Part shown: positions 29,520-39,187 of the stretch, one piece after another
Layout: each line of letters begins with the position of its first letter
How positions within the stretch are numbered: position 1 is the first letter of the stretch
Assembly: GCA_965215225.1 (NCBI GenBank)
Contig: OZ244039.1
Span: 1,725,353-1,789,352, forward strand
Length of the DNA stretch: 64,000 bases
DNA from: Gammaproteobacteria bacterium
Lineage (GTDB): Bacteria; Pseudomonadota; Gammaproteobacteria; CBDBNL01; JAAOII01
Direction: 5' to 3'
Program-made: the position numbers and the translations under genes
The notes under the pieces: model-generated
What the model saw: only the letters and a program-made list of their open reading frames with translations
What the model was told of the DNA's origin: nothing
The model's database searches: none

Positions 29520-30219
29520 TTTGCAACATCATCTTACGAATATTTCCTATTGCCTTAGTTGGGTTGAGTTCCTTAGGACAGACGCTGACACAATTCATAA
29601 TACCGCGACAGCGAAAAACACTATAAGGATCTGTGAGCTCCTTTAATCTGTCTTGGGTAGCTCTGTCGCGACTGTCAGCAAGAAATCTATAGGCTTGAAG
29701 CAAACCAGCTGGACCAACAAACTTATCTGGATTCCACCAAAATGACGGGCAGGAGGTAGAACAACAGGCACAGAGGATACACTCATAGAGACCGTCCAGC
29801 TTGGCTCGTTCTTCTGGTGATTGCAATCGCTCCATTCCCTCGGTGGGCTCATCATTGATGAGATAGGGTTTCACCTTCTCATACTGACGATAGAAAGGTT
29901 CCATATCTACCACCAGATCTCTCACCACCGGCAAGCCAGGCAATGGTCGGAGAATGAGTTTATTCCTTCTCACTACTCTTGATAAAGGAGTCACACAGGC
30001 AAGGGCATTGGTGCCATTGATATTCATACCATCGGAACCACACACTCCCTCACGACAAGAACGCCGAAAGGCTAGGGAAGGTATTTTATGTTCCTTAATA
30101 AGATGAAGAACATCCAATACCATAAGGTCCTTACCAGCTGGGATCTCCACCTGAATCTTATCCATATAAGGCTTAGCATCCTTCTCTGGATCATAACGAT
30201 AAACTTCTACTTTTAGCAT
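29509..30219 (-). CDS. sdhB: succinate dehydrogenase iron-sulfur subunit
   Basis: 2Fe-2S motif CREGVCGSDGMNINGTNALAC and 4Fe-4S/3Fe-4S clusters (CILCACCSTSCP, C..VCPK). Confidence 0.9.
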   Translation of the reverse strand: MLKVEVYRYDPEKDAKPYMDKIQVEIPAGKDLMVLDVLHLIKEHKIPSLAFRRSCREGVCGSDGMNINGTNALACVTPLSRVVRRNKLILRPLPGLPVVRDLVVDMEPFYRQYEKVKPYLINDEPTEGMERLQSPEERAKLDGLYECILCACCSTSCPSFWWNPDKFVGPAGLLQAYRFLADSRDRATQDRLKELTDPYSVFRCRGIMNCVSVCPKELNPTKAIGNIRKMMLQNGS

Positions 30220-30222
30220 AAT

Positions 30223-31992
30223 TCAATAGGTCCTTGCTTGAGGCTCAAAGGTTTTCATAGTTCGGGGTTTCATATTTACCTCTCTTTTCATTAGTTCATT
30301 CGCATCCTTATAGTATATAGAATGAACCAGCCAATTTATATCATCTCTTTGAGGAAAATCCTCCCGCGCATGAGCGCCGCGACTCTCTGTTCTCTGATAA
30401 GCAGCCTGAGCAGTTGCATAAGCCACCTCAAAGAGATTATCTAGTTCAAGGGCTTCGACCCGAGCGGTGTTGAAGACCCGACTCTTGTCCGCCAATAGAC
30501 ACTTTTCAAGCCGCTCCTTCACCTCTTCAAGTTTCTTTATCCCTTCTGCCATCACATCACCTCGGCGAAAAACACCGAAATGCTTCTGCATCACCTCTTG
30601 CATATCGGCATGAACAGCCGCAGGTGACTCGCCACTAAGCGATTCTTCCCAGCGATTAAAGCGCTTACAGGCTCTGTTCAGATCCTCTTCAGTTGGTTCA
30701 GCCAGCTCGTCTCCCGCTTTCAGTGCTTGTTCAACAAACAGCCCAGTGGCGCGACCAAAGACTATGAGATCCAACAAAGAATTGCCCCCCAAGCGATTGG
30801 CGCCATGAACCGAAACACAAGCGCTCTCTCCTACCGCATAGAGACCAGGGACCACTTCATTAGGTTCTGCTGTAGTAGGCTGTAATGCTTGCCCATGAAT
30901 ATTGGTGGGGATCCCACCCATCATATAGTGGCAGGTAGGCACCACTGGAATAGGCTGCTCAGCCGGATTCACATGGGCGAAGGTCTTAGCCAACTCTACT
31001 ATGCCAGGCAATCTGCTGTGTAAAGTCTCCTCACCAAGATGGTCCAACTTCAACAGAACATGGTCTTTCTTATCGCCTATTCCCCGCCCTTCCATTATCT
31101 CCAGCATCATAGAACGAGAGACCACATCGCGACTTGCCAAATCCTTGGCATTGGGAGCATAGCGCTCCATAAACCTCTCCCCCTCACTATTGAGTAAATA
31201 ACCGCCCTCGCCGCGACAGCCTTCAGTAACCAGAACACCCGCACCATAGATACCGGTCGGATGAAACTGCCACATCTCTATATCCTGTAAAGGAAAGCCA
31301 GCTCTAAGCGCCATGCCCAAGCCATCACCGGTATTGATATGAGCATTAGTAGTGGATTGGTATATACGACCAGCTCCACCAGTTGCAAGTATGACGGCGC
31401 GAGCGCGCACAAAAACCAACTGCCCCGTCTCAAGCACCAGAGCCACGACCCCCACTACTTGCCTATCATGATTTAGCACCAGATCCACCGCGAACCACTC
31501 GTTCAGAAAATTCGTTCCATGTTTGATGTTGTTCTGAAACAGGGTATGTAATAGAGCATGGCCAGTTCTATCGGCGGCGGCGCAGGTGCGAGCCGCTTGT
31601 CCCCCTTTGCCAAAATCTTTGGATTGACCGCCAAAAGGCCGCTGATAGATGCGGCCACTCTCAGTGCGCGAGAAAGGCAGTCCCATATGCTCCATCTCAA
31701 ACACTGAACGAGGACCCTCACTACATAGATACTCTATGGCATCCTGGTCGCCGATATAGTCCGCCCCTTTCACCGTATCAAACATATGCCAGCGCCAATC
31801 ATCATCCGGATCATCACTAGCAATAGCGCAAGTAATGCCTCCCTGAGCCGAAACCGTATGGGAGCGAGTAGGATATACCTTGCTGATGACCGCAGTATTG
31901 AGACCCGAACGAGCCAGCTGCAATGAGGCGCGCAGACCAGAACCGCCTCCACCTATTATCACCGCGTCAAAATTTTCTTTATGAATAGCCAT
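30223..31992 (-). CDS. sdhA: succinate dehydrogenase flavoprotein subunit
   Basis: The FAD-binding segment [17 protein letters not shown] and the R.HT and HPTG motifs are present. The start was trimmed to [11 protein letters not shown]; the ORF track extends to 32076, but that portion overlaps sdhD. Confidence 0.9.
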   Translation of the reverse strand: MAIHKENFDAVIIGGGGSGLRASLQLARSGLNTAVISKVYPTRSHTVSAQGGITCAIASDDPDDDWRWHMFDTVKGADYIGDQDAIEYLCSEGPRSVFEMEHMGLPFSRTESGRIYQRPFGGQSKDFGKGGQAARTCAAADRTGHALLHTLFQNNIKHGTNFLNEWFAVDLVLNHDRQVVGVVALVLETGQLVFVRARAVILATGGAGRIYQSTTNAHINTGDGLGMALRAGFPLQDIEMWQFHPTGIYGAGVLVTEGCRGEGGYLLNSEGERFMERYAPNAKDLASRDVVSRSMMLEIMEGRGIGDKKDHVLLKLDHLGEETLHSRLPGIVELAKTFAHVNPAEQPIPVVPTCHYMMGGIPTNIHGQALQPTTAEPNEVVPGLYAVGESACVSVHGANRLGGNSLLDLIVFGRATGLFVEQALKAGDELAEPTEEDLNRACKRFNRWEESLSGESPAAVHADMQEVMQKHFGVFRRGDVMAEGIKKLEEVKERLEKCLLADKSRVFNTARVEALELDNLFEVAYATAQAAYQRTESRGAHAREDFPQRDDINWLVHSIYYKDANELMKREVNMKPRTMKTFEPQARTY

Positions 31993-32315
31993 TAGAGTCG
32001 CCAAATTGGATAGGACCAAGCAATAAGAGACAACAACATTACAATAACCAATCCTTGCAATAGTAATCTTAGCCACGACAGCTTAACATAATCGGTAAAG
32101 ACCGTCCATAGACCGACCCAGGCATGGATGCTAAGCGCCAAAACTGTCAAAAAAGAAAATAGCTTCACAAGGTTATTATCAAAGAATTCGCTCCAAACAG
32201 AATAAGAAATCGATGGATTGAGGGCAAAGAAAACCACCATTATCAAAGAATAGACCAGCAGCACTATGGCAGAAAAGCGCTGCAACATCCAATCTCTCAG
32301 TCCAGTCCTATCCAT
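31992..32315 (-). CDS. sdhD: succinate dehydrogenase hydrophobic membrane anchor subunit
   Basis: 107 aa with three TM helices, in the expected position between sdhC and sdhA. Confidence 0.75.
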   Translation of the reverse strand: MDRTGLRDWMLQRFSAIVLLVYSLIMVVFFALNPSISYSVWSEFFDNNLVKLFSFLTVLALSIHAWVGLWTVFTDYVKLSWLRLLLQGLVIVMLLSLIAWSYPIWRL

Positions 32316-32699
32316 TTAGATTAAATAGAAAAACAATCCAGCCGAGCCCAGCAGGCTGAGCCCCAATAGGACCCAAGCAAGAGAACTACCAGCTGGCAGT
32401 CCCTCACCCACACCCAAATCCATTAGCAAATGTCTGATACCAGCAAGCATATGGTAAAGAAAGCAACTTAAATAAAGCCATAGAGATATCCGAATGGGCA
32501 GGTCTTGTATCAGGGTGACAATGAAAGCAAAGGAACCCGAATCTCTTAATGACAGCTGCCATGCCCAAATAATCAGAGGCAAGCCAAGAAAAAGCACCAC
32601 CCCTGTGATACGATGGATAATGGAAACTATAGCAGTAACCGGAAAATGAAAGGCAAACAAATTGACATTTGCCGTCCCCTTGGCATTATGGCGTGGCAT
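32316..32699 (-). CDS. sdhC: succinate dehydrogenase cytochrome b556 subunit
   Basis: 127 aa with three TM helices and the conserved His in SIIHRITGV. It is the first gene of the sdhCDAB order. Confidence 0.8.
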   Translation of the reverse strand: MPRHNAKGTANVNLFAFHFPVTAIVSIIHRITGVVLFLGLPLIIWAWQLSLRDSGSFAFIVTLIQDLPIRISLWLYLSCFLYHMLAGIRHLLMDLGVGEGLPAGSSLAWVLLGLSLLGSAGLFFYLI

Positions 32700-32846
32700 G
32701 GTCAGACTAGATAAAAGAACATCTTGGTATTATACCTAAAAACTAGGATCCATAGAAAAAAATCATAACCTTATTTTTGGGCTAAATAGGGTAAAACACA
32801 AGCATAGTTAAGCAAATTAGTGAATTTTTACTCACTTTTTCTCATT

Positions 32847-34220
32847 CTAGCCTTGCAAACGAGCAATAAGAGGAGTCAAGACCCTATGGGCAGCCCCATT
32901 TGACATTAGCACCAGGGTATCTCCCTCTTTTGCCTTATCACCAAGATAATCAACCAGATCTTTCGCTTGATTAAATAACTGACTGTCCTTGCCTTTCAAC
33001 TGACGAATGGCTGAAACAGATTTGGCAGGGTTGGATAGAAACCATAAAACCTCATCTGCTTGATTGGCTGCTTCAATCAGGTCGCCATGTGTCCCCATCC
33101 TCATGCTGTGAGAAGCCAAATCCACTATAGCGCGCAGTTTCCCTTTTCTCTTGTATTCGGCAAGAGTAGTTATAGTAGCCTTAATAGAGGTAGGATGGTG
33201 GGCAAAATCACTAATGACCTCAATGCCATTAAACACACCCAGAGTCTGCAGCCTTCTTGCCACGCCGCTGAACTCAGCTGCCGCCAGTTTAATATTGGCT
33301 GGCGAGACTCCAATAGCATAGGCGGTAGCAGCTGCCGCCAAAAGATTAGTGGCATTATGCCTTCCCTTGAGCTGCCAGCTAATTTCTAGGTTCGAATCAG
33401 GTAGATGGATAGTAATTTTTTCTCTGCCCTCCTCCATCAGGTCCCTACTACAGAGAATCTCTCCTTGAGAATAGCCAGAAGAAGCCTCACCCTTATTTAG
33501 CATGACCAGTCTATGCTTGGTTGCCAAACAATCCATATCAATAACCTTCTCTAGCGAACTATTGGCAGAGATGAAAAAGACATCCCCTTTGGCTGGCACT
33601 GTCCGAAGCAGATGGCAAAATTGCTTCTCAACCGCCGCCAGATCCTCATAGATATCAGCGTGATCATATTCAAGGCTGGTAAGTATCAAGCAGTTAGGAC
33701 GATAGTGAATGAATTTAGCGCGCTTATCGAAGAAGGCAGAGTCATATTCATCGGCTTCAAGGACAAATTCGTCGCCTTTTCCTAAGTCGGCTGGCAGAGC
33801 AAAATCGCGCCCAGCACCAGCAATAAGATAGCCCGGCTCACGCCCATCCATGATCAAGAGTTTTGTCAATAAAGCGGTCGTGGTAGTCTTGCCATGAGTT
33901 CCTGCTACAGCTAATACTCTCCTGCCCTTTAGGACATTTTCAGCAAGCCATTGAGGCGCGGATATATAAGGACGATCCTCATTCAATAGCTGCTCTATGA
34001 TTGGCATCCCCCTTGTCATCACATTGCCGACTATATAGAGATCTGCATCGGGCAATTCATCATAGCCATTCAGACACTGAATAGCTTGAGTGGCAAGTAT
34101 CTCACTCATAGGAGGATAGCTATTGCTATCTGAGCCAGTCACCCTATGTCCTTGTTGGCGTGCCAACAAAGCAATACCAGTCATAAAGGTTCCGCCTATA
34201 CCCAAGAGGTGAAGATGCAC
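32847..34220 (-). CDS. mpl: UDP-N-acetylmuramate:L-alanyl-gamma-D-glutamyl-meso-diaminopimelate ligase
   Basis: Mur-ligase motifs (AVAGTHGKTTTTALL) are present. The N-terminus VHLHLLGIGGTFMTGIALLARQQGHRVTGSDSNSYPPMS aligns with E. coli Mpl from a GTG start at 34218-34220. The ORF-track ATG at 34394 would add 58 non-homologous residues. Confidence 0.8.
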   Translation of the reverse strand: MHLHLLGIGGTFMTGIALLARQQGHRVTGSDSNSYPPMSEILATQAIQCLNGYDELPDADLYIVGNVMTRGMPIIEQLLNEDRPYISAPQWLAENVLKGRRVLAVAGTHGKTTTTALLTKLLIMDGREPGYLIAGAGRDFALPADLGKGDEFVLEADEYDSAFFDKRAKFIHYRPNCLILTSLEYDHADIYEDLAAVEKQFCHLLRTVPAKGDVFFISANSSLEKVIDMDCLATKHRLVMLNKGEASSGYSQGEILCSRDLMEEGREKITIHLPDSNLEISWQLKGRHNATNLLAAAATAYAIGVSPANIKLAAAEFSGVARRLQTLGVFNGIEVISDFAHHPTSIKATITTLAEYKRKGKLRAIVDLASHSMRMGTHGDLIEAANQADEVLWFLSNPAKSVSAIRQLKGKDSQLFNQAKDLVDYLGDKAKEGDTLVLMSNGAAHRVLTPLIARLQG

Positions 34221-34224
34221 GAAA

Positions 34225-35214
34225 CTAAGGAATGAGGATAGTAGATGCGGTAGTCTTTCTCGCTGCCAGATCCTTATGTGCCCTGGCAACCTGGGCAAGA
34301 GGATATTCTTGATGAATAGATATTTCCAGTCCGGCGCGGCAAGCAGCAAAAAGACGGGCAGCGCTCTCGCGCCTTTCGCCCTCACTAGCAGCATAGTGCA
34401 TAAGGCTCGGGCGAGTCAAGAAGAGCGAACCCTTTTCCGCCAATAGACTTGGGGCAACCGGAGGCACTGGCCCTGAAGCATTGCCATAGGAAACCATCAT
34501 ACCGCGCGGCCTTAAGGCATCTAAGGACGACATAAATGTATCCTTGCCAATAGAATCATAAACCACATCCACTCCTTTTCCTTTGGTCAATTCTCTGACT
34601 TGCTTTGCCAGGTCCCCTTCACCGTGAATGATTACCTCATCACAACCATAGCTCCTAGCCAATTCAGCCTTTTCCTTTGTGCTAGCAGTTCCTATCACAA
34701 AGACCCCCAGTTGCTTTAACCATTGTAGCGCGATTAGACCCACCCCGCCAGCTATGGCGTGAAAGAGAACCAGATGGTCTCGCTTCACTCGAAAGGTTCG
34801 GTGGATAAGATATTCTGCTGTCATTCCCTTAAGCATCATAGCCGCCGCCTGCTTAGTGCTGATATGAGTTGGCAAGAGAATCAACTGCCCACTAGCTATA
34901 TGCCTCCTCTGACTATAAGAGCCTAGTGATGTGCAATAGGCTACCCTATCGCCTATATGAAAATCCCGAACCCTCTTGCCTACCTCCTCTACTATTCCAG
35001 CAGCCTCCATCCCCAAAACAGCCGGTAAATTAAGCGGATAAAGGCCGGTGCGATGATAGATGTCAATGAAATTAATTCCGACTGCCTCATGTCTGACGAC
35101 AACTTCTTCTTCTCCTAGCTCAGCAGCTAAGGGCGCATATTCCCACCTCAAGCAAGACTCATCGCCAGTCTGATAAAGGAAAATCGCCTTGTTCGATTTG
35201 TTCGCCTTGTTCAT
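34225..35214 (-). CDS. qor: NADPH:quinone oxidoreductase (zinc-type ADH/MDR superfamily)
   Basis: 329 aa with a GroES-like N-domain (VVVRHEAVGINFIDIY) and a Rossmann fold (LFHAIAGGVGLIALQWLKQLG). Confidence 0.8.
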   Translation of the reverse strand: MNKANKSNKAIFLYQTGDESCLRWEYAPLAAELGEEEVVVRHEAVGINFIDIYHRTGLYPLNLPAVLGMEAAGIVEEVGKRVRDFHIGDRVAYCTSLGSYSQRRHIASGQLILLPTHISTKQAAAMMLKGMTAEYLIHRTFRVKRDHLVLFHAIAGGVGLIALQWLKQLGVFVIGTASTKEKAELARSYGCDEVIIHGEGDLAKQVRELTKGKGVDVVYDSIGKDTFMSSLDALRPRGMMVSYGNASGPVPPVAPSLLAEKGSLFLTRPSLMHYAASEGERRESAARLFAACRAGLEISIHQEYPLAQVARAHKDLAARKTTASTILIP

Positions 35215-35575
35215 TTAATCTTAGCGGGTGAAGATGACCAAATGAAATTAACTACCTCTTCCACCGCCTCATGTCTGACGACAACCTCCTCTTCCTTTAG
35301 CTCAGCTGCTAAGGACGCATATTCCCACCTCAAGCAGGACTCATCGCCGGTCTGATGAAGAAAAATTGCCCTATTCATATTGTTCATCTAATCTTATCAG
35401 ATTGTTTGTTTAATCTTATCGGAGAAAGAAAGACCAAGTGTCTTCAACACTCCAACCAGTTCATCTAAAAAGTCAATGAAATTAACTACCACCTTCCACC
35501 GCCTCATGCCTAACACAAACTTCTTCCTCCCCCAGCTCAGCCAAAGGCGCGTCTTCCCATTGCATACAAGACTCA

Positions 35576-36244
35576 TCACCCGACCCCTGAGTAGACTTCC
35601 CACAGCGGGACGAGCCCAACGAGCAACGACCTGGTCCGGTCGAGGAAGGCCGGGGCGTCCGCCGCGACCTCGGCCGGTTCGCAGGTCCGCAGCGCACAGA
35701 GGTGCGGCCCCTCGAGGAAGCTCTCCGCTTTCGTCGCGTCGAGTTGGCGATCGATCTCGCCATACTTCTTGCAGGCGATCAAATCCGTCGAGGCGCCGAG
35801 CCCGACCTCCCGGCCGAGCGTCACGACGCGCGCGGCGTCGCGTCGAAGTGCCGCCGCCATCGGAGCGTCTTCGCTCAGCAGCGGGGGCGGTACATAGAGT
35901 CCGGCCCAGACCCCATCGGGCTGCAATCCGACGAAGAGCTGCGCGTCTTCCTTCTTCCGGCCTTCCCGGTAGAAGAGCGCCAGCATGTTGTTCTTGTAGG
36001 GGCTCTGCCCTCTTGCAAACCGCATGTCCCGATTGATCCGGGTGATGGTCCTGTTGACGTTCGGCCGGATCTCGCAATCGGGAATGTGCTCGCGCAGGGC
36101 CGGCCCGATATCGCCGACAGCGCTGCGCAAGGGACCAAGCAGGTTGCTCTCGTAGCGATCGCGGTTCGCCTCGAACCACGCTTTGTCGCGATGCGCGTTC
36201 AGATCGTCGAGAAAACGGAACGTCTCCGCCGAAAAATACTTCAT
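35576..36244 (-). CDS. DUF2461 (TIGR02453) family protein, on a high-GC horizontally acquired island
   Basis: 222 aa. The N-terminus FSAETFRFLDDLNAHRDKAWFEANRDRYE matches the DUF2461 signature (F.FL..L..NN...WF..N...Y). The local GC is about 66% against about 42% in the flanks. Confidence 0.7.
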   Translation of the reverse strand: MKYFSAETFRFLDDLNAHRDKAWFEANRDRYESNLLGPLRSAVGDIGPALREHIPDCEIRPNVNRTITRINRDMRFARGQSPYKNNMLALFYREGRKKEDAQLFVGLQPDGVWAGLYVPPPLLSEDAPMAAALRRDAARVVTLGREVGLGASTDLIACKKYGEIDRQLDATKAESFLEGPHLCALRTCEPAEVAADAPAFLDRTRSLLVGLVPLWEVYSGVG

Positions 36245-36387
36245 AGTGTCACCTCTTCCTTCGCCTTGTATTTGACGATAACTTCTTCTTCCCCCAACTC
36301 AGCCAAAGTCTCCTCCTTTTCCTCCCACTTCAAGCAAGTCTCATCGCCGGTCTGATAAAGGAAAATCGCCTTGTTCATCTTGTTCAT
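36241..36387 (-). CDS. 48-aa leader ORF derived from the qor N-terminus, translationally coupled to the DUF2461 gene (ATGA overlap)
   Basis: Minus-strand translation gives MNKMNKAIFLYQTGDETCLKWEEKEETLAELGEEEVIVKYKAKEEVTL-stop. Its TGA overlaps the ATG of the DUF2461 gene (ctATGAag). Confidence 0.4.
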   Translation of the reverse strand: MNKMNKAIFLYQTGDETCLKWEEKEETLAELGEEEVIVKYKAKEEVTL

Positions 36388-36849
36388 TTAATCTTATCAA
36401 GTTGTTTGTTTAATTTTATCGGAGAAAGAAAGGCCCAGTGTCTTCAACACTCCATCCAATTCATCCAAATAATCAATGAAATTAACTACCATCTTCCTTC
36501 GCCTCATGTTTGACGATAACTTCTTCTTCCCCCAGCTCAGCCAAAGGCTCCTCCCTCTCCTCCTCCCACTTCAAGCAGGACTCATCGCCGGTCTGATAAA
36601 GGAAAATCGCCTTATTCATATTGTTCATCTAATCTTATCAGGTTGTTTGTTTAATTTTATCGGAGAAAGAAAGACCCAGCGTCTTCAACACTCCATCCAA
36701 TTCTTCTTCTCCTAGCTCAGCAGCTAAGGGCGTATCCTCCCACTTCAAGCAAGTCTCATCGCCGGTCTGATGAAGGAAAACCGCCTTGTTCGATTTGTTC
36801 GCCTTGTTCGCCTTCGCCTTATTCACCTTATTCACCTTATTCATCCTGC

Positions 36850-37722
36850 TCATTTAATCTTATCGGGGGAAGAAAGACCCAGTGTCTTCAACACTCCATC
36901 CAGTTCATCTAAGGAGTTGTAATGAACTACCATCTTTCCTTTACCACTATGGGTATATTGAAACTTAACCTGCACCCCCAATTTGTCGCTAATATCTTCT
37001 TGAAGTGACAGAATATTGACATCCATTTGCCGCCGTTTGCGCGGCCCCTTATGAAAGCGAATAACCAGCTTCTCTGTTTGACGGACGGTTAGTCTCTTGT
37101 TAACAACTTCCTCAGCAGCCCTTATTTGTTCCTTGTCCTCAAGCCCCAATAGCACCTTAGCATGTCCTAGTTCCAATTTGCCAGCCTTAACCATTTCTCC
37201 TACTGGGTCTTCCAACCTTAACAAGCGAATAATATTTGCCACAGCCACGCGCGACATACCTACCATGTCCGCCAGCTGTTTCTGAGTATAGTTGTAATTA
37301 GAGCGTAAGGATTCAAAGGCTTCTGCTTGTTCATAAGCATTAAGGTCATCGCGCTGAACATTCTCAACCAGCGCCAGAACAGCAAGCGACCTGTCATCTA
37401 CTTCACGCACTACCGCAGGCATATGACTTAGACCCACCATTTTTGCCGCCCGCCACCTTCTTTCACCAGCAATCAGCTCATACTCACTTGCTGTCTCCTG
37501 CTTAGGGCGAACTACTATGGGTTGAAGGACTCCCTGTGTCTGAATAGAAGAAGCCAGTTCTCTTAATGAATCGGTTCTAAAGTCATTGCGAGGCTGATAA
37601 GGATTAGGATGAATCTCATTAAGGGAAAGCTCAATAAGACTCTTGTCTTCTACCTTCTCTACATTAATGTCTTCTAAGAGAGCAGACAGATCCTTTCCTA
37701 AGGCTTTTCTTTTCTTTGCCAT
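36850..37722 (-). CDS. parB: chromosome partitioning protein ParB
   Basis: ParB-box residues LIAGERRWRAAKMVGL are present, with an HTH, and parA lies upstream. Confidence 0.9.
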   Translation of the reverse strand: MAKKRKALGKDLSALLEDINVEKVEDKSLIELSLNEIHPNPYQPRNDFRTDSLRELASSIQTQGVLQPIVVRPKQETASEYELIAGERRWRAAKMVGLSHMPAVVREVDDRSLAVLALVENVQRDDLNAYEQAEAFESLRSNYNYTQKQLADMVGMSRVAVANIIRLLRLEDPVGEMVKAGKLELGHAKVLLGLEDKEQIRAAEEVVNKRLTVRQTEKLVIRFHKGPRKRRQMDVNILSLQEDISDKLGVQVKFQYTHSGKGKMVVHYNSLDELDGVLKTLGLSSPDKIK

Positions 37723-37724
37723 AA

Positions 37725-38525
37725 TTATCTTTCCTCATGACGACGGACAAATTCTCCTGCCAGAGCCAAATAGGTAATCGCACCAACCGACCTTCTATCA
37801 TAGCTAACTGCAGGAAGCCCATGGCTGGGTGCTTCCGCCAAGCGCACATTGCGCGGAATAATAACATTGTATACCTCAGAGGCAAAAGATTGAAGTAATT
37901 GATGAGAAACTTCGCGCGCTAACCGATTTCTTTTATCATACATGGTGCGCAATATGCCTTCAAATTCAAGCTTTGAATTAATAGTGGCCTTCACTCCTTC
38001 AACGGTTCTCATTAGTTCGGTCAGGCCGCGCAAAGCAAAATATTCACATTGGATTGGAACAAGAATACTATCGGCGGCGCCCATACTATTGATAGTCAAT
38101 ATATTCAATGATGGGGGGCAATCTATCATTATGTAATTATAGTCAGTTCTTAAAGAAGCCAAAGCACTACGAAGCGCGAAGGGTCTTCTTTTGCCAGTAA
38201 TGAGCTCTATCTCAGCTGCGGTGAGGTCGCGATTAGAAGGCAATAGGTCATATAGGGCGGGTGTGTCAGGCACTATGGCCTGGGTTGGTTTTTTCTTCTT
38301 CATCAGAACATCATAGATGGTCACCGTCCCCATCTTCTTCTCTATGCCGCTGCCGACAGTAGCATTTGCTTGTGGGTCCATATCCACAACCAATACCTTG
38401 CGATTAATTGCCACCAGCCCAGCCGCCAAGTTAATACAGGTTGTTGTCTTTGCCACTCCACCTTTTTGATTGGTAATGGCAACTATATGAGCCTGATGAG
38501 CCGGCTGCTTCAGCTTTTTTGCCAT
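37725..38525 (-). CDS. parA: chromosome partitioning ATPase ParA/Soj
   Basis: Deviant Walker A: IVAITNQKGGVAKTTTCINLA. Confidence 0.9.
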   Translation of the reverse strand: MAKKLKQPAHQAHIVAITNQKGGVAKTTTCINLAAGLVAINRKVLVVDMDPQANATVGSGIEKKMGTVTIYDVLMKKKKPTQAIVPDTPALYDLLPSNRDLTAAEIELITGKRRPFALRSALASLRTDYNYIMIDCPPSLNILTINSMGAADSILVPIQCEYFALRGLTELMRTVEGVKATINSKLEFEGILRTMYDKRNRLAREVSHQLLQSFASEVYNVIIPRNVRLAEAPSHGLPAVSYDRRSVGAITYLALAGEFVRRHEER

Positions 38526-39187
38526 ACCAATACCGAGAGCTTCATTGATTCTTCATTTGCTTTCAAAGGAGGAATAGTTATTTTGTTGATAGTCATTGTC
38601 TGCCAGGGTTCAACTAGGTCGTTCAGTTCAGTTTGGCGAACCTTCCCTTTCATTGCCAATAGCCTGCCACTTCTTTTTAGCAGAGGCCAAGCAAGACGAC
38701 ACAAGACAAGGCAGCTGCCAAGGGCGCGGGCTGTTATTGTTTGAAAGCTGTTCTTCTCCTTAGCATCCTGAGCTAGGTCCTCTGCCCGTTTGTGGACTAT
38801 CCTCAGATTAGACAGTTCCAGCTCGCTTTTAACTCTTAATAGAAAAGATGCCTTTTTGTTGTTCTTCTCTATCAGGGTCCAACTATTCTCGCGCGCCATT
38901 AAAGCAAGTGGAATGGCAGGCAGGCCTGCCCCACTTCCTATATCGGCTAATTGGCTAGGAGCGGAAGGCAGAAAAGAGAACAGGCTGAAACTATCCATAA
39001 TATGCCGCCTCACCCAATCAGATGGTGGAATTGAAGTAAGGCCAACCAGCTTGTTCCACTCTGCCATTAGGTTGAGATAGAGCCACAATTGGTCAATCAG
39101 ATCAACAGCTGGCGGCAATCCCATCAGCTCCACTGCCTTTATCAACTCCCCCTTTGTCCCCTTAGCTAAGCGCATTTGCCAAGCCAT
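38510..39187 (-). CDS. rsmG: 16S rRNA (guanine527-N7)-methyltransferase RsmG (GidB)
   Basis: SAM-MTase motif DIGSGAGLPAIPLAL, 225 aa, in the conserved rsmG-parA-parB arrangement. Confidence 0.85.
   Translation of the reverse strand: MAWQMRLAKGTKGELIKAVELMGLPPAVDLIDQLWLYLNLMAEWNKLVGLTSIPPSDWVRRHIMDSFSLFSFLPSAPSQLADIGSGAGLPAIPLALMARENSWTLIEKNNKKASFLLRVKSELELSNLRIVHKRAEDLAQDAKEKNSFQTITARALGSCLVLCRLAWPLLKRSGRLLAMKGKVRQTELNDLVEPWQTMTINKITIPPLKANEESMKLSVLVWQKS

Larger units (their letters stand above)
35215..36850. repeat. tandem array (about 5-6 units of about 160-260 bp) of chimeric units combining the parB 3' end and the qor 5' end; interrupted by a high-GC island at 35576-36244
   Basis: Each unit contains gatgaactggatggagtgttgaagacactgggtctttctttctccgataagattaaacaaaca (the parB tail ...DELDGVLKTLGLS.SDKIK) followed by the qor start (MNKxNKAIFLYQTGDESCL.WE...LAAELGEEEV). 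Confidence 0.85.

Noticed and set aside
35397-36355. Several long overlapping ORFs in multiple frames (260, 186, 217, 93 and 87 aa) rich in Arg/Ala/Pro
   Set aside because: High-GC DNA produces open frames in all registers. Only the 35576-36244 frame has a recognisable family signature (DUF2461) and a sensible start context. The others are frame shadows.
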